Assembly: GCA_021734995.1 (NCBI GenBank)
Contig: JAIPHX010000004.1
Span: 18,115-82,114 of the forward strand
Reading direction: 5' to 3'
DNA: 64,000 nt
Source of the DNA: Minisyncoccota bacterium
Lineage (GTDB): Bacteria > Patescibacteriota > Minisyncoccia > Phycocordibacterales > UBA9973
The notes beneath the pieces are model-generated. The model ran no database searches and was not told where the DNA came from. It worked only from the letters and a program-made list of their open reading frames with translations. The position numbers and the translations under genes were made by a program. Each line of letters begins with the position of its first letter. The first letter of the stretch is position 1. Shown one piece after another: positions 8,742 to 17,297 of this stretch.

Positions 8742-9500
8742 TTACACAACATCTTCCAAGCTTGTATTTTCTGCTTGTTTTTCTATCACAATATCTTCAA
8801 AAGTATTTTCTTGTACCGCATCTAGCAACCCCTGCCTTACTAGCTCAAGCATAGCAAGAAAAGAAACAATAACTGTAACTTTTTCTTCTTTTGTAACTGC
8901 TTTACCACTCCATTCTCTAAAACTCATCTTTACTGCTTCTTGGATTCTGTCTGTAAGACTTTCAATCATTTCTTCAAGACTGATAACTTTTTTTACCTCC
9001 ACTTCTGGCAAAGATTCTTTCTTGGGCATTCGGTTTAGAGTTTCCTGCACCAAAATCATCATATTTTCTTTTGTAATCTTTTCGTCTGGTAAAAATACTA
9101 CTTGTATTTGTTTTCGTTCAGCTAAAGGAAAAATTAATTTTTCCCCAAAAATAGATTTTAACTTCAAAGAAAGACCTGTATACATCTCGTATAATTTTAA
9201 CCGATCAGCAAGATTATGAATTTCACTTTCTTCTTCATTGGATAATGATAGGTTAGGCAACAAAGATTTAGATTTAATCAATATTAAAGTAGCCGCTACC
9301 ACCATAAACCCAGACATCTCTCTGTAGTGAACATCTCTTTTTTGTTCAAGATATTTTAAATAACTATCAGTCACCTCAGCCAAAGACACTTCGTTTATAA
9401 AAAGCTTACGTTCTTCTACCAATGAAAGCAATACACTAAAAGGCCCTTCAAAGATAGGAGTTTTCACTTTGTATAGATTGTCCAGTGTATCTGTATCCAT
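8742..9500 (-). CDS. scpA: segregation and condensation protein A
   Basis: ScpA motif FEGPFSVLLSLVEERKLFINEVSLAEVTDSYLKYL; immediately upstream of scpB. Confidence 0.8.
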   Translation of the reverse strand: MDTDTLDNLYKVKTPIFEGPFSVLLSLVEERKLFINEVSLAEVTDSYLKYLEQKRDVHYREMSGFMVVAATLILIKSKSLLPNLSLSNEEESEIHNLADRLKLYEMYTGLSLKLKSIFGEKLIFPLAERKQIQVVFLPDEKITKENMMILVQETLNRMPKKESLPEVEVKKVISLEEMIESLTDRIQEAVKMSFREWSGKAVTKEEKVTVIVSFLAMLELVRQGLLDAVQENTFEDIVIEKQAENTSLEDVV

Positions 9501-9560
9501 TTTTTTAAAATTTACCCTTATATATTAGCATTTTTATGTGAAAAAATATATACTAAATAA

Positions 9561-12101
9561 ATGAACAAAAATAAAACAAAAATACGATTATCCAAAAATA
9601 TCATACCCCTTAGATACAATATTGAAGTAAAACCAGATTTAGAAAATTTCACTTTTAGTGGTAAAGAGGTTATTTTTGTAAATATTTTAGAAAACACAGA
9701 TACTATTACTCTTCATACCAAAGATATTCAAATAGATGTAGCAAATGTATCTGTTTCATCAAAAAAAGACGATCAGAAAATATTTGCTAAGAAAATTACT
9801 TACAATCAAAAACAAGAAACAGCTACATTCTTTTTTTCAAAAAAAATACCTGCAGGAAAAATTTTCCTTACTTTGATATTCAAAGGAATCCTTAATGATA
9901 AAATGCGAGGATTCTATAGAAGCAAATATCACATAGAAGGAGCCACAGAACACATGGCTACTACTCAATTTGAAGCGACAGATGCAAGACGAGCTTTTCC
10001 TTGTTTTGATGAACCTGCCCAAAAATCAATTTTTGAAGTTTCTTTGATCGTACCAAAAGGACACACAGCTATCTCCAATACATTACCAGTATCAGTACTA
10101 GAGCACGAAGCAGGCTATGAAATAGTCAGATTTTCCCCTACTCCCAAAATGTCTACTTATCTTTTAGCTTTCATTGTAGGAAAATTTGAATTTTTAGAAA
10201 AAAAATCAAAAAATGGAGTATTGGTCAGAGTATACACTACTCCCGGTAAGACTTACCAAGCAAAATTTGCTCTTGAATGCACCGTCAAAACTCTAGATTT
10301 TTATGAAGAATATTTTGACATACCATATCCATTACCAACTCTTAATATGATAGCTATTCCTGATTTTTCTTCTCTTGCTATGGAAAACTGGGGAGCTATT
10401 ACTTTTCGAGAAATTGGTCTTTTAGTAGATGAAAAAAATACTTCTATCCAATCAAAAGAAAAAGTTGCTGAGGTTATCGCTCATGAAATCGCTCACCAGT
10501 GGTTTGGCAATCTTGTCACAATGGAATGGTGGACACACTTATGGCTCAATGAAGGTTTTGCTTCATATATTCCATATCTTGCTATTCATAAAATATTTCC
10601 AAAATGGAATATTTGGGAAAGATTTGTTACAGATACTTCTGGTATTGCGTTACGTTTAGATTCTCTAAAAAATACTCATCCAATAGAGATAGAAGTACAT
10701 CATCCCGACGAGATTGGAGAAATATTTGACGCAGTCTCATATTCTAAAGGAGCTTCTGTGATTGCTATGCTTGCTGATTATTTAGGTAAAGAACATTTTA
10801 GAAATGGTCTCAGATATTATCTAAAAAAGCATAGTTACAAAAATACTGAAACAATTCACCTATGGCAAGCCTTTGAAAAAATATCCAAAAAGCCCGTAGC
10901 TAAAGTAATGCAAAATTGGACAAGTAAAGGTGGATACCCTGTAATTGAAGCACGCATTGAAGGAGAAAATATTATTTTAAAACAAGACAGATTTTTCTCC
11001 AGCCCTATTTCAAAACAAAAAAACAAAGAGAAAGTTCTCTGGCAAATACCTGTATCTTTTGGAGACAACAAGCAAAAACAAAAATTATCCCTTTCAGACA
11101 AGGAGACGAGTTTCAAATATACCAAGGAGTGGGTCAAGATAAATCTAGGGGAAAATGGATTTTTTAGAGTTGTATATTCAAATGAATTATTGCAAAAATT
11201 AAAAAACCCTATCATCAAAAAGGAACTTCCCTCTTATGATCGTCTAGGTATCATTCGAGATTTGTTTGCTTCAGCTGAAGCAGGGATAATCCCCACTTCT
11301 TTAGTGTTAGATTTTCTTGATGCCTACAAAAATGAAGATAGCTATATAGTATGGGTAGAGATAGGGAGAGGCTTGTCTCAACTCGAACAAATTTTTGCTA
11401 AGACTAAAGAAATATCTAAAATAGAAAAGATTACTATAGGTCTTTTCTATCCTTTAATTAAAAAATTAGGTTGGGATCCGAAATCAAAAGAACCCAACAC
11501 TGATTCTTTATTACGCTCTATGGTATTACATCGTCTAGCTCGTTCTAAAGAGCCCAATACTCTAAAAAAAGCAAAGAGTTTATGGAAAGCTATACTTAAA
11601 GGAGAACAAATACATCCAGATATCAGGAGTGCTATATATAGCGCAGTAGCTGTTGAAGGAGATTTGTCAGATTTTAACAAAATGATTGAAATGTATAAAA
11701 AAGAAAGTATGCACGAGGAAAAAAATCGCCTTGGTAGCTCTTTGGGAGATTTCAATCAAAAAGATATTTTACAAAAAGTATGCCAATTTGCTCTTTCAGA
11801 AGATGTCAGGACGCAAGATTCTCCAAGTATTATTGGAAGTGTTGGAATGAACCCAGTAGGTAGAGACATATGGTGGAATTTCACTCAAAAAAATTGGGAT
11901 CTTTTGATCAATAGATATGGTGAAGGATCACACCAATTGAGTAGGATTATAAAATCATCATCTGGAAGCGCAGAAGAAAAGCATCTTAGCTCATTAAAAA
12001 AGTTTTTTGAAACACATAAAGCTCCTGGAGCAGAAAGAGCTGTGGAACAAGTTTTTGAAAAAATAGAAAGCAATATCGCTTGGAAAAAAAGAGGGTTATA
12101 G
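9561..12101 (+). CDS. pepN: aminopeptidase N (M1 family)
   Basis: HEIAHQWFGNLVTMEWW (HExxH) plus LWLNEGFASY (the second Glu ligand) and a GAMEN-like AMENWG motif; 846 aa. Confidence 0.85.
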   Translation: MNKNKTKIRLSKNIIPLRYNIEVKPDLENFTFSGKEVIFVNILENTDTITLHTKDIQIDVANVSVSSKKDDQKIFAKKITYNQKQETATFFFSKKIPAGKIFLTLIFKGILNDKMRGFYRSKYHIEGATEHMATTQFEATDARRAFPCFDEPAQKSIFEVSLIVPKGHTAISNTLPVSVLEHEAGYEIVRFSPTPKMSTYLLAFIVGKFEFLEKKSKNGVLVRVYTTPGKTYQAKFALECTVKTLDFYEEYFDIPYPLPTLNMIAIPDFSSLAMENWGAITFREIGLLVDEKNTSIQSKEKVAEVIAHEIAHQWFGNLVTMEWWTHLWLNEGFASYIPYLAIHKIFPKWNIWERFVTDTSGIALRLDSLKNTHPIEIEVHHPDEIGEIFDAVSYSKGASVIAMLADYLGKEHFRNGLRYYLKKHSYKNTETIHLWQAFEKISKKPVAKVMQNWTSKGGYPVIEARIEGENIILKQDRFFSSPISKQKNKEKVLWQIPVSFGDNKQKQKLSLSDKETSFKYTKEWVKINLGENGFFRVVYSNELLQKLKNPIIKKELPSYDRLGIIRDLFASAEAGIIPTSLVLDFLDAYKNEDSYIVWVEIGRGLSQLEQIFAKTKEISKIEKITIGLFYPLIKKLGWDPKSKEPNTDSLLRSMVLHRLARSKEPNTLKKAKSLWKAILKGEQIHPDIRSAIYSAVAVEGDLSDFNKMIEMYKKESMHEEKNRLGSSLGDFNQKDILQKVCQFALSEDVRTQDSPSIIGSVGMNPVGRDIWWNFTQKNWDLLINRYGEGSHQLSRIIKSSSGSAEEKHLSSLKKFFETHKAPGAERAVEQVFEKIESNIAWKKRGL

Positions 12102-12132
12102 TTTTTTTTAATAATGTAATATAATTTATGGC

Positions 12133-12393
12133 ATGGAGAATATAGAAGGACAAACTAGAAAACCAGCAGATTCTAAAAAAAGACAAAGAATCACATTGAA
12201 CGAACAAGACATCAGTGAAATAAAAGCGTTAGCTGGAACTAATTTAGATGAAAGCGATATTATTGCTACACTAGAAAATAATAACCCTTTAAACAGATTG
12301 GTTAGAGATGTAAATAACAAAATAACCACCTATTTAGGATGTGTAGATCAGATTGATTCTTCTAAAGAAAGAAAAAAAAAGTGTTTACATTAA
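12133..12393 (+). CDS. hypothetical small protein
   Basis: 86-aa ORF with no motif. Confidence 0.3.
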   Translation: MENIEGQTRKPADSKKRQRITLNEQDISEIKALAGTNLDESDIIATLENNNPLNRLVRDVNNKITTYLGCVDQIDSSKERKKKCLH

Positions 12394-12568
12394 ATATTTT
12401 ATTTCTAATCAATATTATATTTTTTTAGAAAAAGAATTAGAAAAAATATTCCAAAAAGCTGAAAAAGAAGGATACCAAGAAATATATATACATAGTATAA
12501 ACAAGGAAGAAGATGAGCTCCTATAAAAATCTGGATTTTTTGAAGTAGAGCAAACTTTTAAAGATGAA

Positions 12569-14641
12569 TTGAACAAAAAAACTAAATTATATGCTAAGAA
12601 ATTAGAAACTCTAGGTGAAAAAGTAGATCAATTAATAAAAGAATTAGAAAAAAATGCTAAGGAAGTAATTGAAAAATTAGACAAAAGGAAACTCAGGGAA
12701 TCATTAAAACATGCTCTCCAAATTAAATTTGATCCTAAAATAAATGAACTCTATGGTGCATTTGATACTCTTTTAACTGCTCAAGACCCTATTTTAGCAG
12801 AAAATTATAAAATTTCAGATATTTATAAAAAGGCAAAAAAAATTACTATTGAGAATAGAAAGCAAAACACGATATTAAATTACACAAATGCTTTAGTAAA
12901 AAAACTTAATCTAGAAATACATCAAGAAGAAATATTCCAGATATTGAAAAATAATCTATCTAAAGATTTTGATGATCAGTTAAAAAAATTCTTTAAAGAA
13001 AAACAGATTAAATATAACGAAGATATAAATTATAATAAAAATTATTTACACTCTTTATACCACAAGGAACCAATAAATCTAGGTATTTTTAAAATAGACG
13101 GTAAAAATATGTCTTTTTTTTCTTTGACATCACAAGAACATCTACAAGAAGAATCAAAAAAAATGGGACATTGCATAGGGGAAAGTGAATTCTATTTAAA
13201 AAAAATAATGAGTGGGCAAATAATGGCCATTTCTTTAAGAGATGAAGAAGGGCCACATTATACAATAGAATATGATATTAAAACAAAAACTATCATACAA
13301 TTTAAGGGTGGAAACGACACTCCTGTCAATTCGTTACCAAACAATAGAGCAATAGTCACAGACACACTTAATGCTTTATATAAAATGGGTTTTGATATTA
13401 AAAAGATGACTGAAAATTTTAGTTATTCTTTGTATAAAGATATAAAAGAAAATAAATTTTATACTTTAGACGAAGAAAATATCACCAATCTTATTTTGAA
13501 CGAAAATAAAAAATTTATTAAAGGTATTGTAGATCTGAACCAAAATACTACAGAAGAACAGTTAGAGTATCTTTGTTCTTCTGGATTAGATCTGAATATA
13601 GACAACTTACCAAAAGAAAAATATTATTTACTACAAAAAATAGAAGGGAGTATTGTTTATACTAAAATAGACCATCTACTTTTGCCAAATCTTGCTTCTG
13701 TGGGAGGTTACATTAATGCAGAAAAAGCTCAAAGTTTTAAAGCACCAAATCTTGCTTCTGTGGGAGGTGACATTAATGCAAGAAATACTCAAAGTTTTGA
13801 AGCACCAAATCTTGCTTCTGTGGGAGGTTACCTTTTTGCAGGAAGTACTCAAAGTTTTAAAGCACCAAATCTTGCTTCTGTGGGAGGTGACCTTTTTGCA
13901 AGAAAAGCTCAAAGTTTTGAAGCACCAAATCTTGCTTCTGTGGGAGGTGACCTTTTTGCAGAAAAAGCTCAAAGTTTTGAAGCACCAAATCTTGCTTCTG
14001 TGGGAGGTAGCCTTTATGCAAGAAATACTCAAAGTTTTGAAGCACCGAATCTTGCTTCTGTGGGAGGTGACCTTTTTGCAGAAAAAGCTCAAAGTTTTAA
14101 GGCACCAAATCTTGCTTCTGTGGGAGGTAGCCTTTATGCAGGAAGTACTCAAAGTTTTGAAGCACCAAATCTTGCTTCTGTGGGAGGTAGCCTTTATGCA
14201 GGAAGTACTCAAAGTTTTGAAGCACCGAATCTTGCTTCTGTGGGAGGTGACCTTTTTGCAGAAAAAGCTCAAAGTTTTGAAGCACCGAATCTTGCTTCTG
14301 TGGGAGGTAGCCTTTATGCAAGAAATACTCAAAGTTTTGAAGCACCGAATCTTGCTTCTGTGGGAGGTAGCCTTTTTGCAGGAAAAGCTCAAAGTTTTGA
14401 AGCACCGAATCTTGCTTCTGTGGGAGGTGACCTTTATGCAGGAAAAGCTCAAAGTTTTGAGGCACCAAATCTTACAAAAATAAAAATTTTAATCGTAAAT
14501 TTATCTATATTAAATAATTTTAATATTCCTGATAATTGTTCTATTGAGCACATTAACAACCAAGGAGAAGAAATTTATTATCCTTCTATCAAAGAAATTA
14601 AACAAATAATAGCTCAAAATAATTCAAAAACTAAAAAATAA
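12569..14641 (+). CDS. repeat protein: N-terminal domain (~370 aa) followed by 13 tandem 20-aa LRR-like repeats (PNLASVGGxLxAxxxQSFxA)
   Basis: 690-aa ORF. The C-terminal 260 aa are 13 nearly identical repeats with the aliphatic/Asn spacing of BspA/LRR_5-type repeats (F.APNL.SVGG.L.A…QSF). Confidence 0.7.
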   Translation: MNKKTKLYAKKLETLGEKVDQLIKELEKNAKEVIEKLDKRKLRESLKHALQIKFDPKINELYGAFDTLLTAQDPILAENYKISDIYKKAKKITIENRKQNTILNYTNALVKKLNLEIHQEEIFQILKNNLSKDFDDQLKKFFKEKQIKYNEDINYNKNYLHSLYHKEPINLGIFKIDGKNMSFFSLTSQEHLQEESKKMGHCIGESEFYLKKIMSGQIMAISLRDEEGPHYTIEYDIKTKTIIQFKGGNDTPVNSLPNNRAIVTDTLNALYKMGFDIKKMTENFSYSLYKDIKENKFYTLDEENITNLILNENKKFIKGIVDLNQNTTEEQLEYLCSSGLDLNIDNLPKEKYYLLQKIEGSIVYTKIDHLLLPNLASVGGYINAEKAQSFKAPNLASVGGDINARNTQSFEAPNLASVGGYLFAGSTQSFKAPNLASVGGDLFARKAQSFEAPNLASVGGDLFAEKAQSFEAPNLASVGGSLYARNTQSFEAPNLASVGGDLFAEKAQSFKAPNLASVGGSLYAGSTQSFEAPNLASVGGSLYAGSTQSFEAPNLASVGGDLFAEKAQSFEAPNLASVGGSLYARNTQSFEAPNLASVGGSLFAGKAQSFEAPNLASVGGDLYAGKAQSFEAPNLTKIKILIVNLSILNNFNIPDNCSIEHINNQGEEIYYPSIKEIKQIIAQNNSKTKK
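13685..14464 (+). repeat. 13 x 60-bp near-perfect tandem direct repeats (coding)
   Basis: The unit ccaaatcttgcttctgtgggaggt…caaagttttgaagca recurs at exact 60-nt spacing (13685, 13745, … 14405). Variation is confined to about six codon positions. Confidence 0.9.
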
Positions 14642-14820
14642 CCTTATATTGTTTTCAGTATTTTTCCACATTTGCCAATACTTGTATCTATGTTATCATT
14701 ACCTTTAATGTGTAAGACAAGAAGAAGAATGAATACAGAAAAAAGAAAAGCCAAAAATGCTTTTACCTTCGTGGCTTCACATTACGTAATTTATAAATCT
14801 AATATCACATTTTCAAAAAA

Positions 14821-14847
14821 GAACCCCGCATAGTGGGTTCTTTTTTT
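14821..14847 (+). promoter_or_regulatory. terminator-like hairpin + U-run in the pyrC leader (possible attenuator)
   Basis: GAACCCcgcatagtGGGTTC followed by TTTTTTT, ending 14 nt before the likely pyrC ATG (14861). A candidate promoter TTGCCA-16-TATCAT lies about 120 nt upstream (~14676-14705). Confidence 0.4.
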
Positions 14848-14860
14848 GTGTAAAAAAAAT

Positions 14861-16111
14861 ATGCTTTCAATAGAAGGAAATATCGTAAAAGAAAATAATG
14901 TGGAGAGAGGAAGAATTGAGATAGACATAGCTAGTGGTCTCATTTCAAAAATAACAGAAACTACAGGGGTAGCAGATATTATATTGAAAGAAGAGCTTAT
15001 CTTCCCTGGGTTCATTGATCTGCATGTGCACGCTAGAGAATGCTCTGACCACACTCAAGATTATAAAGAAGATTTTAAAACAGTCAGTGAAGCAAGTATC
15101 AATGGTGGAGTAACAGCTATTGCTGAAATGCCAAATAATCCTACTCCCCCAATAGACGAAGAAAGCTATGAAGCAAAAAAGAAATTAACAGAAAAATCTC
15201 TTGTTGAAGTTGTACTATACGCTGGTATCGGTCCACACACCTCCAAACTTTCTCGTAAAGTACCCTACAAAGCTTTTATGGGCCCTTCTGTTGGAGATCT
15301 ATTTTTTCATTCAAATGAAGAGTTGGAAGAAGTGATCAAAAATTACGAAGGAGAAAATATAAGTTTTCATTGTGAGGATCCAATCCTTTTAGAAGAAAAT
15401 AAAAATGCTGATACTCATGAGACAAAAAGACCCAAAGAAGCAGAAATCAAAGCTGTGGATTTCGCTATCTATTTAATTCAAAAATATAACTTAAAAGGAA
15501 AAGTCTGTCATGCTTCTACTTTAGAAAGCATCCAAAAGATTATCAAAGCTCGCGAAGCTGGTGTAAATATTTCAGCAGAAATCACTCCCCACCATTTATT
15601 TTTTGATGTATCAATGATAAATGACACAAACAGAAAATGGCTTCAAATAAATCCTCCGATTAGACAAGGAGCAGAAAATCGTTTAGCTTTAATCCAATTA
15701 CTAAAAGAAGGGAAAATAGATTATCTTGCTACAGACCACGCTCCACATACAATAGAAGAAAAAGAAAAAGGCACTTCTGGTATGCCCCATCTAGACACTT
15801 ATGGATATTTTGTAGTTTGGCTTATGAAAGAACATAATTTTACCCCTATGGAGATAGCTCGCGTATGTAGCACCAACCCAGCAAATTTTCTAAATGAATT
15901 TAGCACATCAAAATATGGAAAAATGGAAGTTGATTTTATGGGATCATTTACAATTATTGATCTTCAAAAAAAATACACTGTAAAAAAAGAAGACTTAAAG
16001 ACAAAGTGTCTTTGGTCACCTTTTGAAGATATGACTTTTGATGGAGATGTGGTAATGACTATTATTAGAGGTAAAATTTTGAAAGATAAAATTCAAAAAA
16101 ATGCAAAATAA
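14861..16111 (+). CDS. pyrC: dihydroorotase (cyclic amidohydrolase)
   Basis: DLHVHARE and ATDHAPH metal-binding motifs. The track ORF uses TTG at 14846; ATG at 14861 (MLSIEGN…) is the more likely start. Confidence 0.7.
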   Translation: MLSIEGNIVKENNVERGRIEIDIASGLISKITETTGVADIILKEELIFPGFIDLHVHARECSDHTQDYKEDFKTVSEASINGGVTAIAEMPNNPTPPIDEESYEAKKKLTEKSLVEVVLYAGIGPHTSKLSRKVPYKAFMGPSVGDLFFHSNEELEEVIKNYEGENISFHCEDPILLEENKNADTHETKRPKEAEIKAVDFAIYLIQKYNLKGKVCHASTLESIQKIIKAREAGVNISAEITPHHLFFDVSMINDTNRKWLQINPPIRQGAENRLALIQLLKEGKIDYLATDHAPHTIEEKEKGTSGMPHLDTYGYFVVWLMKEHNFTPMEIARVCSTNPANFLNEFSTSKYGKMEVDFMGSFTIIDLQKKYTVKKEDLKTKCLWSPFEDMTFDGDVVMTIIRGKILKDKIQKNAK

Positions 16112-17159
16112 CAAATTTACAAAAGCAAAATTGTATTTAAAAAATGGAGAGACTTTGGAAGCAAAAAATTTTGGCTCTATAAAATCAGTAGCAGGTGAAG
16201 TAGTCTTTGCTACAGGAATGACAGGATACCCAGAAGCTTTAACCGACCCATCTTTCAAGGGACAAATCCTTGTCTTTACCTACCCTATTATTGGAAGCTA
16301 TGGTGTTCCTAAAAAGGAATTTTGGGAATCTGACAAAATACAAGTCTCAGGACTGATAGTCTCTCAATACATTGATACTCCTTCTCACCACGAAAACGCT
16401 TCTACCTTAGCTCAGTGGTTTAAAAAAGAAAACATCCCATTATTGGAGATAAAAGACACAAGACTACTTACTCAAAAATTAAGAGACAAGGGAGCTATGC
16501 TTGGAAAAATAATATGCAAAAAAGATATTCCATACCAAGATCCAAATAAAGAAAATCTCGTAGCAGAAGTATCCACAAAAAAAATATTTTCCGTAGGCAC
16601 AGGTAAAAAAAATATAGTTTTGATAGATTGTGGAACCAAAAAAAACATAGCGGAATCAGTAGCAAAAAGAGGAGTAAAAGTTACAGTGGTACCTTGGGAC
16701 ACCGACCCAACTTCCCTCTCTTTTACCCCCGATGCTGTGATTATCTCAAATGGTCCAGGAGATCCGACAAAAGCTACAGCTACTATCAAGAATGTAAAGA
16801 AACTTCTCCAGAAACATATCCCGATTCTTGGAATATGTTTGGGTAATCAAATACTCAATCTTGCTTCAGGTGGTAAGACATACAAACTCAAATTTGGACA
16901 TAGAAGCCAAAATCAACCTGTACTAGAAGTGGGCACAGACAAATGCTATCTGACAACCCAAAATCACGGATTTGCTGTCGGCACAATACCAAAAAATTTC
17001 AAAGAATGGTTTCGTAATGCAAATGACGATACTAATGAAGGAATAATCCACCAGTCACTCCCCTTTATGTCTGTTCAATTTCATCCAGAAAGCACTCCAG
17101 GACCAACCGACACAGATTGGATTTTTGATTATTTCTTAAAAAGAGCAAATATTTTATGA
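16101..17159 (+). CDS. carA: carbamoyl-phosphate synthase small (glutaminase) subunit
   Basis: Class I glutamine amidotransferase catalytic Cys (GICLGNQIL), HGFAV, FHPE. Overlaps the pyrC end. Confidence 0.85.
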   Translation: MQNNKFTKAKLYLKNGETLEAKNFGSIKSVAGEVVFATGMTGYPEALTDPSFKGQILVFTYPIIGSYGVPKKEFWESDKIQVSGLIVSQYIDTPSHHENASTLAQWFKKENIPLLEIKDTRLLTQKLRDKGAMLGKIICKKDIPYQDPNKENLVAEVSTKKIFSVGTGKKNIVLIDCGTKKNIAESVAKRGVKVTVVPWDTDPTSLSFTPDAVIISNGPGDPTKATATIKNVKKLLQKHIPILGICLGNQILNLASGGKTYKLKFGHRSQNQPVLEVGTDKCYLTTQNHGFAVGTIPKNFKEWFRNANDDTNEGIIHQSLPFMSVQFHPESTPGPTDTDWIFDYFLKRANIL

Positions 17160-17297
17160 TTACTTATACTCTAGAAACAACAGAAATCACTCTCTTCGTA
17201 ACCGCACTCTGTTCTGGAAGGGCAAGATTGAAAACTTTGGTAGCGAAGGTTTCTCCGAGAGTGTCTTCTGTTGCTTTTAAAAAATAAAAATATTCAA

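Noticed and set aside
13676-14483. Long antisense and alternate-frame ORFs (258 aa on the minus strand, 263 aa on the plus strand, plus two shorter ones) across the 60-bp repeat block
   Set aside because: They are translations of the same periodic DNA in other frames, producing repetitive low-complexity peptides. The forward frame is continuous with a 370-aa non-repetitive N-terminal domain and gives an LRR-like repeat, so the others are artefacts.
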